A stretch of 24,150 bases of DNA, from positions 1 to 24,150 of the forward strand of contig JBBQYG010000051.1 of NCBI GenBank assembly GCA_038208905.1, given 5' to 3'. The notes under the pieces were generated by a model. It was given only the letters and a program-made list of their open reading frames with translations. It did not search any database and had not been told where the DNA came from. Positions 1-9,057 of this stretch are shown piece by piece. This stretch comes from Candidatus Sumerlaeia bacterium (GTDB lineage Bacteria > Sumerlaeota > Sumerlaeia > SLMS01). The position numbers and the translations under genes are program-made. The stretch's first letter is position 1. Every line of letters starts with the position of its first letter.

Positions 1-1
1 C

Positions 2-571
2 AAGGGCCGCCTGGTTACGAATCAGCACGTGGTGGGAGACGAAGTTTTCCAGACGGTGACGATCTTTGTGAAGAACGGTTCCCAGTGGGAGAAGAAGAAG
101 ATCGACAATTGCAAGGTAGAGGCTGCCAGCGAGATGCTGGACATCGCCGTGGTACAGCTGGACATGGCCCAAGTGGAAAAGCAGGGGATTAAGCTCTATC
201 CCGTTTCGATAGCATCGCCAAAGTCGCTGCAATCGGGCGACAAGGTCTATGCCGTTGGCAATCCCGGCATGGGCGGCATGGTCCTGGACCACACGATCAG
301 CGAGGGGATAGCGTCATCGACCGCGCGCAATTTCAATGACGTGCTCTACCTCCAGACGACGGCGGCAGTTAATCCCGGCAACTCCGGGGGTCCGCTGGTG
401 AACGAGCGCGGCGAGGTCGTTGGCCTGGTGACGCTGAAGGCGATCTTCCAGGAGGGCGTCGCCTTCGCACTGCCGGTGGATTACATCCTTCACTTCCTCG
501 GCAATTCCAACGCCTTCGCGATTTCCGAGTCCGGCAGCAACCGCGGATTCCGCTACCACCGTCCCCAATAG
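2..571 (+). CDS. Trypsin-like serine protease (S1C/HtrA-type catalytic domain), 5'-truncated by the window edge
   Basis: The frame is open from base 2 (KGRLVTNQHVVGD...), so the listed start at 29 is internal. The catalytic triad motifs are present: TNQHVV (His), LDIAVV (Asp) and AAVNPGNSGGPLVN (Ser). No PDZ domain follows. Confidence 0.9.
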   Translation, partial: KGRLVTNQHVVGDEVFQTVTIFVKNGSQWEKKKIDNCKVEAASEMLDIAVVQLDMAQVEKQGIKLYPVSIASPKSLQSGDKVYAVGNPGMGGMVLDHTISEGIASSTARNFNDVLYLQTTAAVNPGNSGGPLVNERGEVVGLVTLKAIFQEGVAFALPVDYILHFLGNSNAFAISESGSNRGFRYHRPQ

Positions 572-583
572 AAAGTCGTCGCC

Positions 584-2458
584 ATGAAGCGTGCCTTGTT
601 TCCGACGCGGTTAATCGCCTGCGCCGTCCTGATGGGGGCGATGTTCGCCCCCGGCCGCGTCCGCGCGGAGAGCATGGGCGATCGCATCCCCGCCGAGGCG
701 CACGTGGCTTTCTGGGTGGACGACATCGCCGCCGCTCGCGCGTCCATCGAGAAGAATTCCTACTATCAACTGCTCGTTGACGAAAAGCTCGGCATCATCG
801 GCGGACCCGACGTCGTGGGCGAGGCGCTCCGCCGACTTCCTGTCTCCGGGGCCGATCCCGCGTTTCCCGTGTGGGCGTCGATCCTGCCGATGATCGACTC
901 GGGCCTGCGCGGTGGACTGGAGTCCGCGACATCGGTGTTCCAGTTCAAGGTGGGCGAGCTACTCGATACGTTCACAGGTCCGCTGGCGATGTATTCCACG
1001 CTCTATGACCTTTCGATGAGCAGCGGCGGCGTGGAAGTCGTCGAGTGGGACATGATCCTATCGGCGGATTTCAAGCCCGAGGAGCGGGAGAAGGTTGACC
1101 GATTCCTCGAGAGCGCCCTCGTCCGCGTCCCAGGCAACGCGCGCAAGAAGATGGTCAGCTACTCGGGACACGAGTACTATCACCTCGAGTACTTCCTTGA
1201 TGAGCAGGCTGCACTCCCAGGGGACCGCAAGGAGACCGATCTGGAACTGATCCAGGAGATTCCTGTGATCGTGGAGTATGGTTTCGTCGGAGAGACGTTC
1301 CTCCTTGCGGAGGGGCGCGGGGAGCCGCTGAAGCGCGCCATCCGGGCGATGGAGTCGGGATCCGGAACACGCCTCGCGCGGAAGGACTCCTATCGCTCCG
1401 CCACCGCGCTGCTGGGCGACCTCGATGCCCCGTTCCATTTATACTACGACATCCCGCACCATGTGAACGAGCTGCGCGACCACCCGAGGGCGGAGCGCAC
1501 GTTGCGGTCCTTTCAGGCGTTGGGTATCCACAACGCGGGCCCTCTCGTCGCTGGCGCGCGACTCGACGAGTCCGGCTTGGATTTCCGCGCCGCTGTGCAA
1601 ACCACCGGTCCGGCTACGGGGATTCTTCGCGTCCTGAAGGACTCGCCCCAGAACAAGTTCGAGCGCATCGGCCTCGTGCCGCGCGATGCGCTCGTGGCCG
1701 CATCGCTCAGCATCGACTTTGGAAACCTCTATCGCGAGTACCGCGCCGCGATGCTCGTCATGAGCCGCGACGCGCAGATGCTCATCGATGCGGCCGTCCG
1801 CACGCTGGAGACCATCGCGAAGGTCAGCCTGCAGGACGACATCCTCGCCAAGAGCCGTGGCGAGATGATCAGTTACGTTCGTCCCGGCCCGGGCGAGGGC
1901 TCCGGGATTTCGGCGCGTTACTCCTCGTCGTTTATTTTCCCGATCGAGGGAGGAACCGCCACGACCGACGCAGTGAATGCGGTGCTTCGCCGCCTCAACG
2001 ACGAGAACACCAAGGTGGTGGACCTCGAGGAATCGGAGTTCATGGGGAACGTCCTGTGGGAGACGCCGCAGACCGTGACACAGCGCGGGCAGGGGCTCTA
2101 TCTTTCCGCCACTCCCAACGGCGCCGTGGTTGCAAGCAGCGGCGGGGAATTGCGCGAAATCATCCGCCGCCTCTCCGGCCAGGCCGAGGGCTCGATCCGC
2201 GACGAAGCCGAATTCCAGCGTTTCCTCGGCGGAGTTGACCAAAGGAACCTAAGAGGGTTTGTATATCAGTCCTCCAAGGCCGTCATCGACGGCTATCTCG
2301 CCAAGCTGAGCGAGGAGAGCGCAGAGGGCGACGTGAACGAACTTCGCGCGGAACTGCGCCGGCGCCTCGGCGATTCGTGGTGGTTGCTGCGCGCGTCGGA
2401 TGACGGCTACCTATTCACCATGACCGTGCGCCCGCCAGCGGTCGGCCCGGCCCAATGA
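584..2458 (+). CDS. Secreted hypothetical protein, DUF3352-like (624 aa)
   Basis: Long ORF with a signal-peptide-like N-terminus (MKR, hydrophobic stretch, ...GRVRA). Two similar segments (RIPAEAHVAFWVDD and LVPRDALVAASLSID) resemble DUF3352-type proteins. The stop overlaps the next ATG (ATGA, 2455-2458). The family call is tentative. Confidence 0.7.
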   Translation: MKRALFPTRLIACAVLMGAMFAPGRVRAESMGDRIPAEAHVAFWVDDIAAARASIEKNSYYQLLVDEKLGIIGGPDVVGEALRRLPVSGADPAFPVWASILPMIDSGLRGGLESATSVFQFKVGELLDTFTGPLAMYSTLYDLSMSSGGVEVVEWDMILSADFKPEEREKVDRFLESALVRVPGNARKKMVSYSGHEYYHLEYFLDEQAALPGDRKETDLELIQEIPVIVEYGFVGETFLLAEGRGEPLKRAIRAMESGSGTRLARKDSYRSATALLGDLDAPFHLYYDIPHHVNELRDHPRAERTLRSFQALGIHNAGPLVAGARLDESGLDFRAAVQTTGPATGILRVLKDSPQNKFERIGLVPRDALVAASLSIDFGNLYREYRAAMLVMSRDAQMLIDAAVRTLETIAKVSLQDDILAKSRGEMISYVRPGPGEGSGISARYSSSFIFPIEGGTATTDAVNAVLRRLNDENTKVVDLEESEFMGNVLWETPQTVTQRGQGLYLSATPNGAVVASSGGELREIIRRLSGQAEGSIRDEAEFQRFLGGVDQRNLRGFVYQSSKAVIDGYLAKLSEESAEGDVNELRAELRRRLGDSWWLLRASDDGYLFTMTVRPPAVGPAQ

Positions 2459-3582
2459 CCGAAGTGGCGACTCCGCCCCTGCACATCGTGAATCTGTCGC
2501 ATCTGGCTTGGGAGAGGAAGCTATTCCAGCGTCCCCAGCAGTTCATGGCCAGCTTTGCGGGAATGGGCGACACTGTTTCCTACTTCGCGCAGGTGGGAAT
2601 GCGGCGGTATCTGGACATGAGCCTGAATGAGCGCACGCTGACTCCGCGCCCCGGCTTGACTGCCCAGAACCTTCCCTTCTTGCCGATGACCAAGCGCCTC
2701 TCCGCGATGAAGGCCGCCAGCATGTGGCTCGTCCGCGCCAAGGCGCGTCCCGCACTGCTTGCCGGTCCGCAGGGACGGCGAGTGCTGTGGCTCCAGAATC
2801 CCGCCTATGTGGATGAAATCGACCGCCTCCCCCACGACATCGTGGTGTATGACGTGATGGATCCCTTCGCCGCATTCCGCACCTCCGACTCGCGCGTGGC
2901 GGAGCGCGAGGCGAAGGTCCTCGCCAAGGCCGACATCGTCTTCAGCGGCGGACGCAGCCTGCACACACAGGTCGAGGGTCGCCACCCCCAGGCCCACTGC
3001 TTCCCGAGCGGTATCGACTTTCCGCACTTCGCGAAGGGGGCCACCGCCGGGCCGATTCCTGATGATCTTGTGCGGATCGACAAGCCGGTGCTTGGATACT
3101 TCGGCGCGGTCGACGAGCGCATCGACTGGGATCTTATTCGCCACGTCTGCCGGGAACGCCGCCATTGGTCCATCGTCTTCCTTGGCCCGATGGTGCTGAT
3201 CGACCGGATCCCCATCGACGAGCCGAACTTCCACTGGCTGGGGCCGAAGTCCTACGATGCGCTGCCGTCGTATCTGCGCGGCTTTGACGTGTGCCTCATC
3301 CCGTGGCTGGTGAACGACCTGACCAAATTCATGAGCCCCACCAAGACGCCGGAGTACCTTGCCGCGGGGCGCCCCGTCGTTTCGACCCCGATTCCCGATG
3401 TGGAGGCCGACTATGGGGAGGAGGCACTGGTGGCCTCTACCCACGAAGAATTCGTTGCCCACTGCACCACGGCCCTGATGGCGGGAACCGGCCCTGCGCG
3501 CCAGCCCCCCCAGAGCCGCACATGGAACGAAATCGCGTCGGCGATGCGGTGCCTGATCGAGGAACGCCTCGCGAGTGCGTGA
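2455..3582 (+). CDS. Glycosyltransferase, GT-B fold, GT4/TuaH-like
   Basis: Motifs FQRPQQ, VVYDVMDPFAAF, ADIVFSGGRSL, GYFGAVDERID, YLRGFDVCLIPW and SPTKTPEYLAAGRPVVSTP are typical of this GT4-like group. Confidence 0.88.
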   Translation: MTEVATPPLHIVNLSHLAWERKLFQRPQQFMASFAGMGDTVSYFAQVGMRRYLDMSLNERTLTPRPGLTAQNLPFLPMTKRLSAMKAASMWLVRAKARPALLAGPQGRRVLWLQNPAYVDEIDRLPHDIVVYDVMDPFAAFRTSDSRVAEREAKVLAKADIVFSGGRSLHTQVEGRHPQAHCFPSGIDFPHFAKGATAGPIPDDLVRIDKPVLGYFGAVDERIDWDLIRHVCRERRHWSIVFLGPMVLIDRIPIDEPNFHWLGPKSYDALPSYLRGFDVCLIPWLVNDLTKFMSPTKTPEYLAAGRPVVSTPIPDVEADYGEEALVASTHEEFVAHCTTALMAGTGPARQPPQSRTWNEIASAMRCLIEERLASA

Positions 3583-3645
3583 TATGGCGCGAATTTCCCG
3601 GGCACGAATCTTGGTCAAGGTGACGATAGCTAGCTCTCAGCCTGG

Positions 3646-3876
3646 ATGCCAATGTCCCAGAAGCCTCCCCAAAACCCCGTCTATCCAGTCGATCCGGCGG
3701 CAATGGAAACGTGCCGACCCAAGGCAATTTGCGGGCAATGCGGCACGGTTTTTTGTATCAAGGTGGCTGCCGAGGCTTACACCGCCCGCTGCCCCGCCTG
3801 CGACGCGCGCCATCGCGTGGAGAACCACGGCGACCGCTGGAACGCCCAACTTCTGAACGAGAATAATCCCGAATGA
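3646..3876 (+). CDS. Small zinc-ribbon protein with two CxxC motifs
   Basis: CGQC and CPAC are separated by 16 residues, a zinc-ribbon spacing. The stop overlaps the ATG of the next gene (ATGA, 3873-3876). An alternative start lies at 3652. Confidence 0.65.
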   Translation: MPMSQKPPQNPVYPVDPAAMETCRPKAICGQCGTVFCIKVAAEAYTARCPACDARHRVENHGDRWNAQLLNENNPE

Positions 3877-4391
3877 CTATCGCCGCCCTTCTACTCGCAA
3901 TTGCCGCGCTCGCGTGGGGTATCCTTACCCAGCGCCGGGTGAATCACCTGCGCGAGGACATCCGCTACATCCACCGCACAACCCGCACGGCGCTGGAGGA
4001 TCAGGAGATCGCCCTGCGCGAGTTCCGCGCGGAGGCCACTCAGAAGATCGACGCCCTCCGCGATTCCAGCGCTCCCGCTGGCAAGCCGAGTTGGTTCACC
4101 CCCTACATGACCATCGCAGACGCCCTTGGCGTACACCCCGGCGTGAAGGGGGTGCTCGCATCGCTCCACATCGGCGGTTGCGCGGGATGCTCCTCCAGCA
4201 GCACGGAGACCCTTGAGCAGGCAGCCCGTGGCCACGGCGTCGACCTGAACACGATGCTTGAGCGGATGAACGCCCTTATGGAGGCGGAGAACGCCGCCCC
4301 AAACCTCCTCGCCATGGCGGAGAAGTCGCTCCCCCTCGCGGTCGGTGGTCGCGTGATGGTGGGGATGGCAGGGAGCAGCAAGGACGCCTGA
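3873..4391 (+). CDS. Membrane-anchored DUF1858-domain protein (hybrid-cluster-associated redox disulfide domain-like)
   Basis: N-terminal hydrophobic helix (TIAALLLAIAALAWGIL), then a helical/coiled-coil linker, then MTIADALGVHPGVKGVLASLHIGGCAGCSSSSTETLEQAARGHGVDLNTMLERMN, which matches the DUF1858 pattern with its CxxC. Confidence 0.8.
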   Translation: MTIAALLLAIAALAWGILTQRRVNHLREDIRYIHRTTRTALEDQEIALREFRAEATQKIDALRDSSAPAGKPSWFTPYMTIADALGVHPGVKGVLASLHIGGCAGCSSSSTETLEQAARGHGVDLNTMLERMNALMEAENAAPNLLAMAEKSLPLAVGGRVMVGMAGSSKDA

Positions 4392-4421
4392 GAGGAAGCA
4401 CTCCGCCGCGCCTGCTTCCTT
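4392..4421. terminator. Stem-loop between convergent genes, possible terminator
   Basis: AGGAAGCA (4393-4400), a 12-nt loop, then TGCTTCCT (4413-4420), immediately after the DUF1858 stop. No strong U-tract is directly adjacent. Confidence 0.35.
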
Positions 4422-4484
4422 CGCCCTCGGCCCGCCGTCGCCGCCTCGCCTTTTTCGATATACGTCCGAACGGAGAAGATCCCT

Positions 4485-5414
4485 TCAGTAGGCGAGCCAA
4501 GAATGCGCGTCGCTGGCTTGCGCATCAAGGGCCGCGCGGGCAGCTTCGGCCAAGTGCCTGTGGGTCGCTGCGGATGGATGCAGCATGTCCCACCAAACGA
4601 GCTGGTCAGGGCCCGCACACACGCTCTCGCCATTCACGCACCAGTCAGCGAAATTTGCGAAGCCGTAGCTGGCAGGCGCCGCCGCAATGGAGGCAAACAA
4701 ACCCTCCAAGTCAACGAGGCGGAAGTCGTGATTGTACTCCTCGCGTAACACCAGAATGAGTGCCGCCATAGCGCGATTGTGCTGAAACGAATCGGAGGAG
4801 AGCCGGGCGCGCCTCTCGGGATTGCCCAACGCCGCGGCAATCGGCGTCTCGCCGAGATCCGGGAGATTCGCCACCAACATGCGCCTCGCTCCACCCGCAA
4901 CCAATCGACGAAGCGCCGATTCGATGTTGGTCGCGACAACGGCTGGAGGCGAATTGTCCTCAGACAGGTAGTCGTTTGCTCCGATCGCCACCACGAAAAT
5001 GGTCCGCGTTGGGGCGAAGCTGTTCCCCTGAACGAGGAACCGGGTCACTTGCGCCGCGAGGTCGGTCGCCACATCGCCGGACGAAGTATTCTCTCCGCCC
5101 GAGCGAGCTCCCCCCCACGCAAAGTTTTGCGCTAGGGTCAGCGTTGTCCCTAGGTCCGATGCAAGAACCTCGACCCACACGGGGCCATTGCTCCCCCTTC
5201 CCGGGTAGTAATGCGGAGGTGGAGGAACGGGCGGCTCCTGAGCTGCCAGGTACGCGGCGAGGTTCCCGATGTCAGATAGGCTGTCGCCGAAGACATAGAT
5301 GCGCTCGATGGGCTGGGCCGTGGAACGACCAGCCAAACCCAGGCAAATCACCGCCAGCGCCGTGATCCACCGTCCCGCTCTGGCTCCGAACCATAATTTC
5401 AGGCTGATCTCCAT
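4485..5414 (-). CDS. Secreted SGNH/GDSL-family lipase/esterase
   Basis: Block I FGDSLSDIGN, GRGSNGPVWVE, block II NFAWGGA, block III IGANDY and block V WDMLHPS are all present. A hydrophobic signal peptide precedes the domain. I prefer the ATG at 5414 to the ORF-track start at 5492. Confidence 0.9.
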   Translation of the reverse strand: MEISLKLWFGARAGRWITALAVICLGLAGRSTAQPIERIYVFGDSLSDIGNLAAYLAAQEPPVPPPPHYYPGRGSNGPVWVEVLASDLGTTLTLAQNFAWGGARSGGENTSSGDVATDLAAQVTRFLVQGNSFAPTRTIFVVAIGANDYLSEDNSPPAVVATNIESALRRLVAGGARRMLVANLPDLGETPIAAALGNPERRARLSSDSFQHNRAMAALILVLREEYNHDFRLVDLEGLFASIAAAPASYGFANFADWCVNGESVCAGPDQLVWWDMLHPSAATHRHLAEAARAALDAQASDAHSWLAY

Positions 5415-5690
5415 CGCATCCCCTCGCTTTTCCACAACGGCACGCCGTCCGCTTTCCATCCATCCTATGGGGCGCCTAACCGCCAGTGCCATAGGGAATG
5501 TTCAAGGCGGTGCTGAATTCCACAATGACTCGGGCAACAATCGTGGAGCGTGAGCCAATGGACTTGCGTTCAAGGGGCAGGGGAATTGGTCTAGCGGTGT
5601 TGTTCGTCCTGTAAACTTTCTCTTCGGTCCCTGCGCCACGTCTGCCGACTTGGCCGTGACCAACCGCAACATTTCAAGGAACACCACCGC

Positions 5691-6272
5691 ATGCATTCGA
5701 CGGCAGGATTCGACAGCAAATACACTCTCCGAAGGAAGTTTTTCACCTTTCTGGGAGCGAAGTTCCACGTCTATGACTCGCAGGGGAGCCTTGCCTTCTA
5801 CTCAAAGATGAAGGCGTTCAAGCTCAAGGAGGACATGCGGCTCTATTCGGACGAAAGCATGACCGTGGAGATTCTCTCCATCAGAGCAAAGAGCATGATC
5901 GATTTCGGGGCTACCTACGAGGTTACCGATTCGAGGACGGGGCACTTGCTCGGCGCTTTCAGGAGAAAGGGACTCAAGTCCATCCTCAAGGACGAGTGGC
6001 TTGTCCTGGACGCGAGCGGAGGCCAGATTGGAACGATCAAGGAAGACTCCCTGGCGCTGGCGCTCGTCCGGAGGTTCCTGCTCAATATCATCCCGCAGAG
6101 CTTCACGGTGGAAGTCGGTGAGCAGGCGGTCTGTATATACAAGCAGCACTTCAACCCGTTCGTGCAGAAGATCGCCATAGACTTCTCGAATGATCCGGGC
6201 GCCAAGTACGACCGGCTGCTGGGCATCGCCGGGGCAATCCTGCTGTGTGCGATCGAAAGCAGGCAGAACTAG
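5691..6272 (+). CDS. LURP-one/Tubby-C-like (phospholipid-scramblase-like, YxjI-type) protein
   Basis: Repeated beta-hairpin pattern (LRRKFFTFLGAKFHVYD, KAFKLKEDMRLY, GATYEVTD, RRKGLKSILKDEWLVLD) and a C-terminal buried helix (DRLLGIAGAILLCAIE). AAGGA ribosome-binding site upstream. Confidence 0.75.
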   Translation: MHSTAGFDSKYTLRRKFFTFLGAKFHVYDSQGSLAFYSKMKAFKLKEDMRLYSDESMTVEILSIRAKSMIDFGATYEVTDSRTGHLLGAFRRKGLKSILKDEWLVLDASGGQIGTIKEDSLALALVRRFLLNIIPQSFTVEVGEQAVCIYKQHFNPFVQKIAIDFSNDPGAKYDRLLGIAGAILLCAIESRQN

Positions 6273-6300
6273 ACGCGACAGAGTTCATTCCACGAAGGCT

Positions 6301-9027
6301 ATGCACCACATGCCCCAGCCCGCCGCCGACTCAGCCGAACGCAAGCGCCTCAGCGAGGACGCGTCGCGGGAGCGAAATTGGAAACGGTGGGGGCCCTATC
6401 TGGCGGAGCGGCAGTGGGGAACCGTGCGTGAGGACTATTCGCCGGAGGGGGATAGCTGGCGCTACCTCACCCACGACCTCGCGCGGAGCCAGGCCTATCG
6501 GTGGGGCGAGGATGGGCTGATGGGGATTTGCGACCGACAGGGGCGGTTGTGCTTTGCGGCGGCAATGTGGAACGGCGCGGACTCCATCCTGAAGGAGCGT
6601 CTATACGGCCTCTCCGGCCCCGAGGGGAACCACGGCGAGGACGTGAAGGAGTGCTACTACTATCTGGACTCGACGCCCACGCACTCCTACATGCGCGCGC
6701 TGTACAAGTATCCCCAGCGGGCGTTTCCCTACGAGGCGCTGGTGAAGGAGAATGCGCGGCGCGGCCGGAGCGAGCCGGAATACGAACTGGCGGACACTGG
6801 GATCTTCGACGGAAGTCGGTACTTCGACGTCCAGACGGAGTATGCAAAGGCCGACGACGAGGATATCCTGATCCGCATCACGGCGACCAATCGCGGGCCG
6901 GAGGAGGCGACGATTCACCTTCTCCCCACGATCTGGTACCGCAACACGTGGGTCTGGGGCTGCAAGCACGAGGGATGCACGATGAAGCCGCGCATCTCCG
7001 CATCTCCCGACGGCACGCTGAAGCTGACCCATGAAACACTGGGCGAGAACTGGTTTGCGGCGGAGCCCGCGCCCGGCGAGGCGGAACCCAAATGGCTATT
7101 CACGGACAACCACACCAACAACGAGCGTCTATACAATGTGCCCAACGACGCGCCGTGGGTGAAGGATGCCTTTCACGAGTTCATTGTCCGTGGCAAGAAG
7201 GACGCAATCAATCCGCGACGCTGGGGGACGAAAGTCGCGGCCCACTATACGCTGCGCATTCCCGCTGGGGAGTCGCGCACGGTGAGGCTTAGGCTGGCCT
7301 CTGTGGCCCAGCGCCCGCCCGAGGCATTCGGCGAGGACTTCGATGACACCTTTGCCAAGAGAATCCGCGAGGCAGATGCCTTCTATGGCGAGCTTTCCCC
7401 GAAGGCCTTGGGTGAGTCCAAGCGCGCCGTCATCCGCCAGGCGTATGCGGGCCTGTTCTGGTCAAAGCAGTTCTATCACTACGTCGTCGAGGACTGGCTT
7501 CAGGGCGATCCCGGGATGCCTCCCCCGCCGCGCTCGCGGAAGGGGGGCCGCAACAGCGAGTGGAAGCACCTGTTCAATCGCGACGTGATCTCGATGCCCG
7601 ACAAGTGGGAATATCCGTGGTTCGCCGCATGGGACACGGCATTCCACATGATCGCGATGGCCGACGCGGACCCCGACTTTGCGAAGCAGCAACTGGAGCT
7701 GTTCCTCCGCGAATGGTATATGCACCCCAACGGGCAGATGCCGGCCTACGAGTTCGCGTTTTCCGACGTGAATCCGCCCGTTCACGCGTGGGCGGTTTGG
7801 CGCGTGTACAAGATGACGGGGAAGCGAGGTGCCCGCGATAGGCCCTTCCTGGAACGCGCGTTCCACAAGCTGCTGATGAACTTCACCTGGTGGGTGAACC
7901 GCAAGGACCCGCAAGGGCGGAACATCTTCAGCGGCGGGTTCCTCGGGCTCGACAATATCGGCGTCTTCGACCGCAGCCAGCCGCTCCCCGACGGGGCGGA
8001 GCTGGAGCAGGCCGACGGAACAGCGTGGATGGCGTTCTACTGCGGCACGATGCTGAGCATGGCAATCGAGCTGGCACAGGAAAATGATGCCTATGGCGAC
8101 ATCGCTTCGAAGTTCTTCGAGCACTTCATCGCCATCGCCGACGCAATCAATCACCTCGGGGGTAGCGGTCTGTGGAACGAGGCCGACGGCTTCTACTACG
8201 ACCAGATCTATACGCAGGGGCGGGCTATTCCCCTGAAGGTGCGTTCGATGGTGGGAATCCTGCCGATGCTGGCGGTGGAGCTTCTGGAGGAATCCTCCAT
8301 CGAGAAGCTCGAAGGTTTTCGCAAGCGCATGGACTGGTTCATCGAGAACCGCCGCGACCTGAAGCGGACGATCAGCTATCTGGAATCATCCACGACGGCG
8401 TCCGGAGAGAGAATCCTTCTTCTGGCAATTCCGACTCGGGAGCGGCTGGAGCGAATGCTGCGCTACCTCTTGTCGGAGACCGAATTCCTGTCTCCCCACG
8501 GGCTGCGGTCGCTCTCGCGGGTTCACGCCGACCATCCGTTCCGGTTCGAGCAAGGCGGCGTGACGAGCGAGGTCCGCTATGTGCCGGGGGACTCCGACTC
8601 GGGGATGTTTGGCGGGAACTCCAACTGGCGCGGACCCGTGTGGTTTCCCCTGAACTACCTTCTGATCGAGGCGATGGAGAGATACGACCGATTCTACTGC
8701 GGCGAGTTCCAGGTGGAATTCCCGACGGGTTCTGGCAGGATGCTCACGCTGCGTCAGGTGGCCGCGGAGCTGGCGGCGCGGCTAGGATCGCTTTTCCTGC
8801 CCGGCGAGTCGGGGCAGCGACCCTCCCACGGCACTGATCGTCGCTATGCGGATGACCCCCACTGGCGCGATCTGGTACTGTTTCACGAGTACTTTCACGG
8901 GGATAGCGGAAGTGGCCTTGGCGCAAGCCACCAGACCGGGTGGACGGCACTGGCTATCCGTCTGCTCCGGGATTTCGGCGAGGGCGAAGAAAACACTGGA
9001 GGCGGTGCGGCCCGCCCACGAAACTAG
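6301..9027 (+). CDS. Glycoside hydrolase family 63 (MGH1-like glucosidase), no signal peptide
   Basis: Motifs WGPYLAERQWGTVREDYS, GNHGEDVKECYYYLD, SMPDKWEYPWFAAWD, DVNPPVHAW, FLGLDNIGVFDR, GGNSNWRGPVWFP and LFHEYFHGD...GLGASHQTGWT. The start is ATG 6301 or 6310; the ORF-track start at 6190 overlaps the upstream gene. Confidence 0.9.
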   Translation: MHHMPQPAADSAERKRLSEDASRERNWKRWGPYLAERQWGTVREDYSPEGDSWRYLTHDLARSQAYRWGEDGLMGICDRQGRLCFAAAMWNGADSILKERLYGLSGPEGNHGEDVKECYYYLDSTPTHSYMRALYKYPQRAFPYEALVKENARRGRSEPEYELADTGIFDGSRYFDVQTEYAKADDEDILIRITATNRGPEEATIHLLPTIWYRNTWVWGCKHEGCTMKPRISASPDGTLKLTHETLGENWFAAEPAPGEAEPKWLFTDNHTNNERLYNVPNDAPWVKDAFHEFIVRGKKDAINPRRWGTKVAAHYTLRIPAGESRTVRLRLASVAQRPPEAFGEDFDDTFAKRIREADAFYGELSPKALGESKRAVIRQAYAGLFWSKQFYHYVVEDWLQGDPGMPPPPRSRKGGRNSEWKHLFNRDVISMPDKWEYPWFAAWDTAFHMIAMADADPDFAKQQLELFLREWYMHPNGQMPAYEFAFSDVNPPVHAWAVWRVYKMTGKRGARDRPFLERAFHKLLMNFTWWVNRKDPQGRNIFSGGFLGLDNIGVFDRSQPLPDGAELEQADGTAWMAFYCGTMLSMAIELAQENDAYGDIASKFFEHFIAIADAINHLGGSGLWNEADGFYYDQIYTQGRAIPLKVRSMVGILPMLAVELLEESSIEKLEGFRKRMDWFIENRRDLKRTISYLESSTTASGERILLLAIPTRERLERMLRYLLSETEFLSPHGLRSLSRVHADHPFRFEQGGVTSEVRYVPGDSDSGMFGGNSNWRGPVWFPLNYLLIEAMERYDRFYCGEFQVEFPTGSGRMLTLRQVAAELAARLGSLFLPGESGQRPSHGTDRRYADDPHWRDLVLFHEYFHGDSGSGLGASHQTGWTALAIRLLRDFGEGEENTGGGAARPRN

Positions 9028-9057
9028 GGTCTCTCATTCGCGGGACGCCATCGATCC

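Noticed and set aside
2521..3618. 365-aa minus-strand ORF
   Set aside because: It is antisense to the well-supported glycosyltransferase.
3646..3876. Possible LysW amino-group carrier protein
   Set aside because: It has a zinc ribbon and a terminal Glu but lacks the EDWGE C-terminus, and no lysX/argX genes are nearby.
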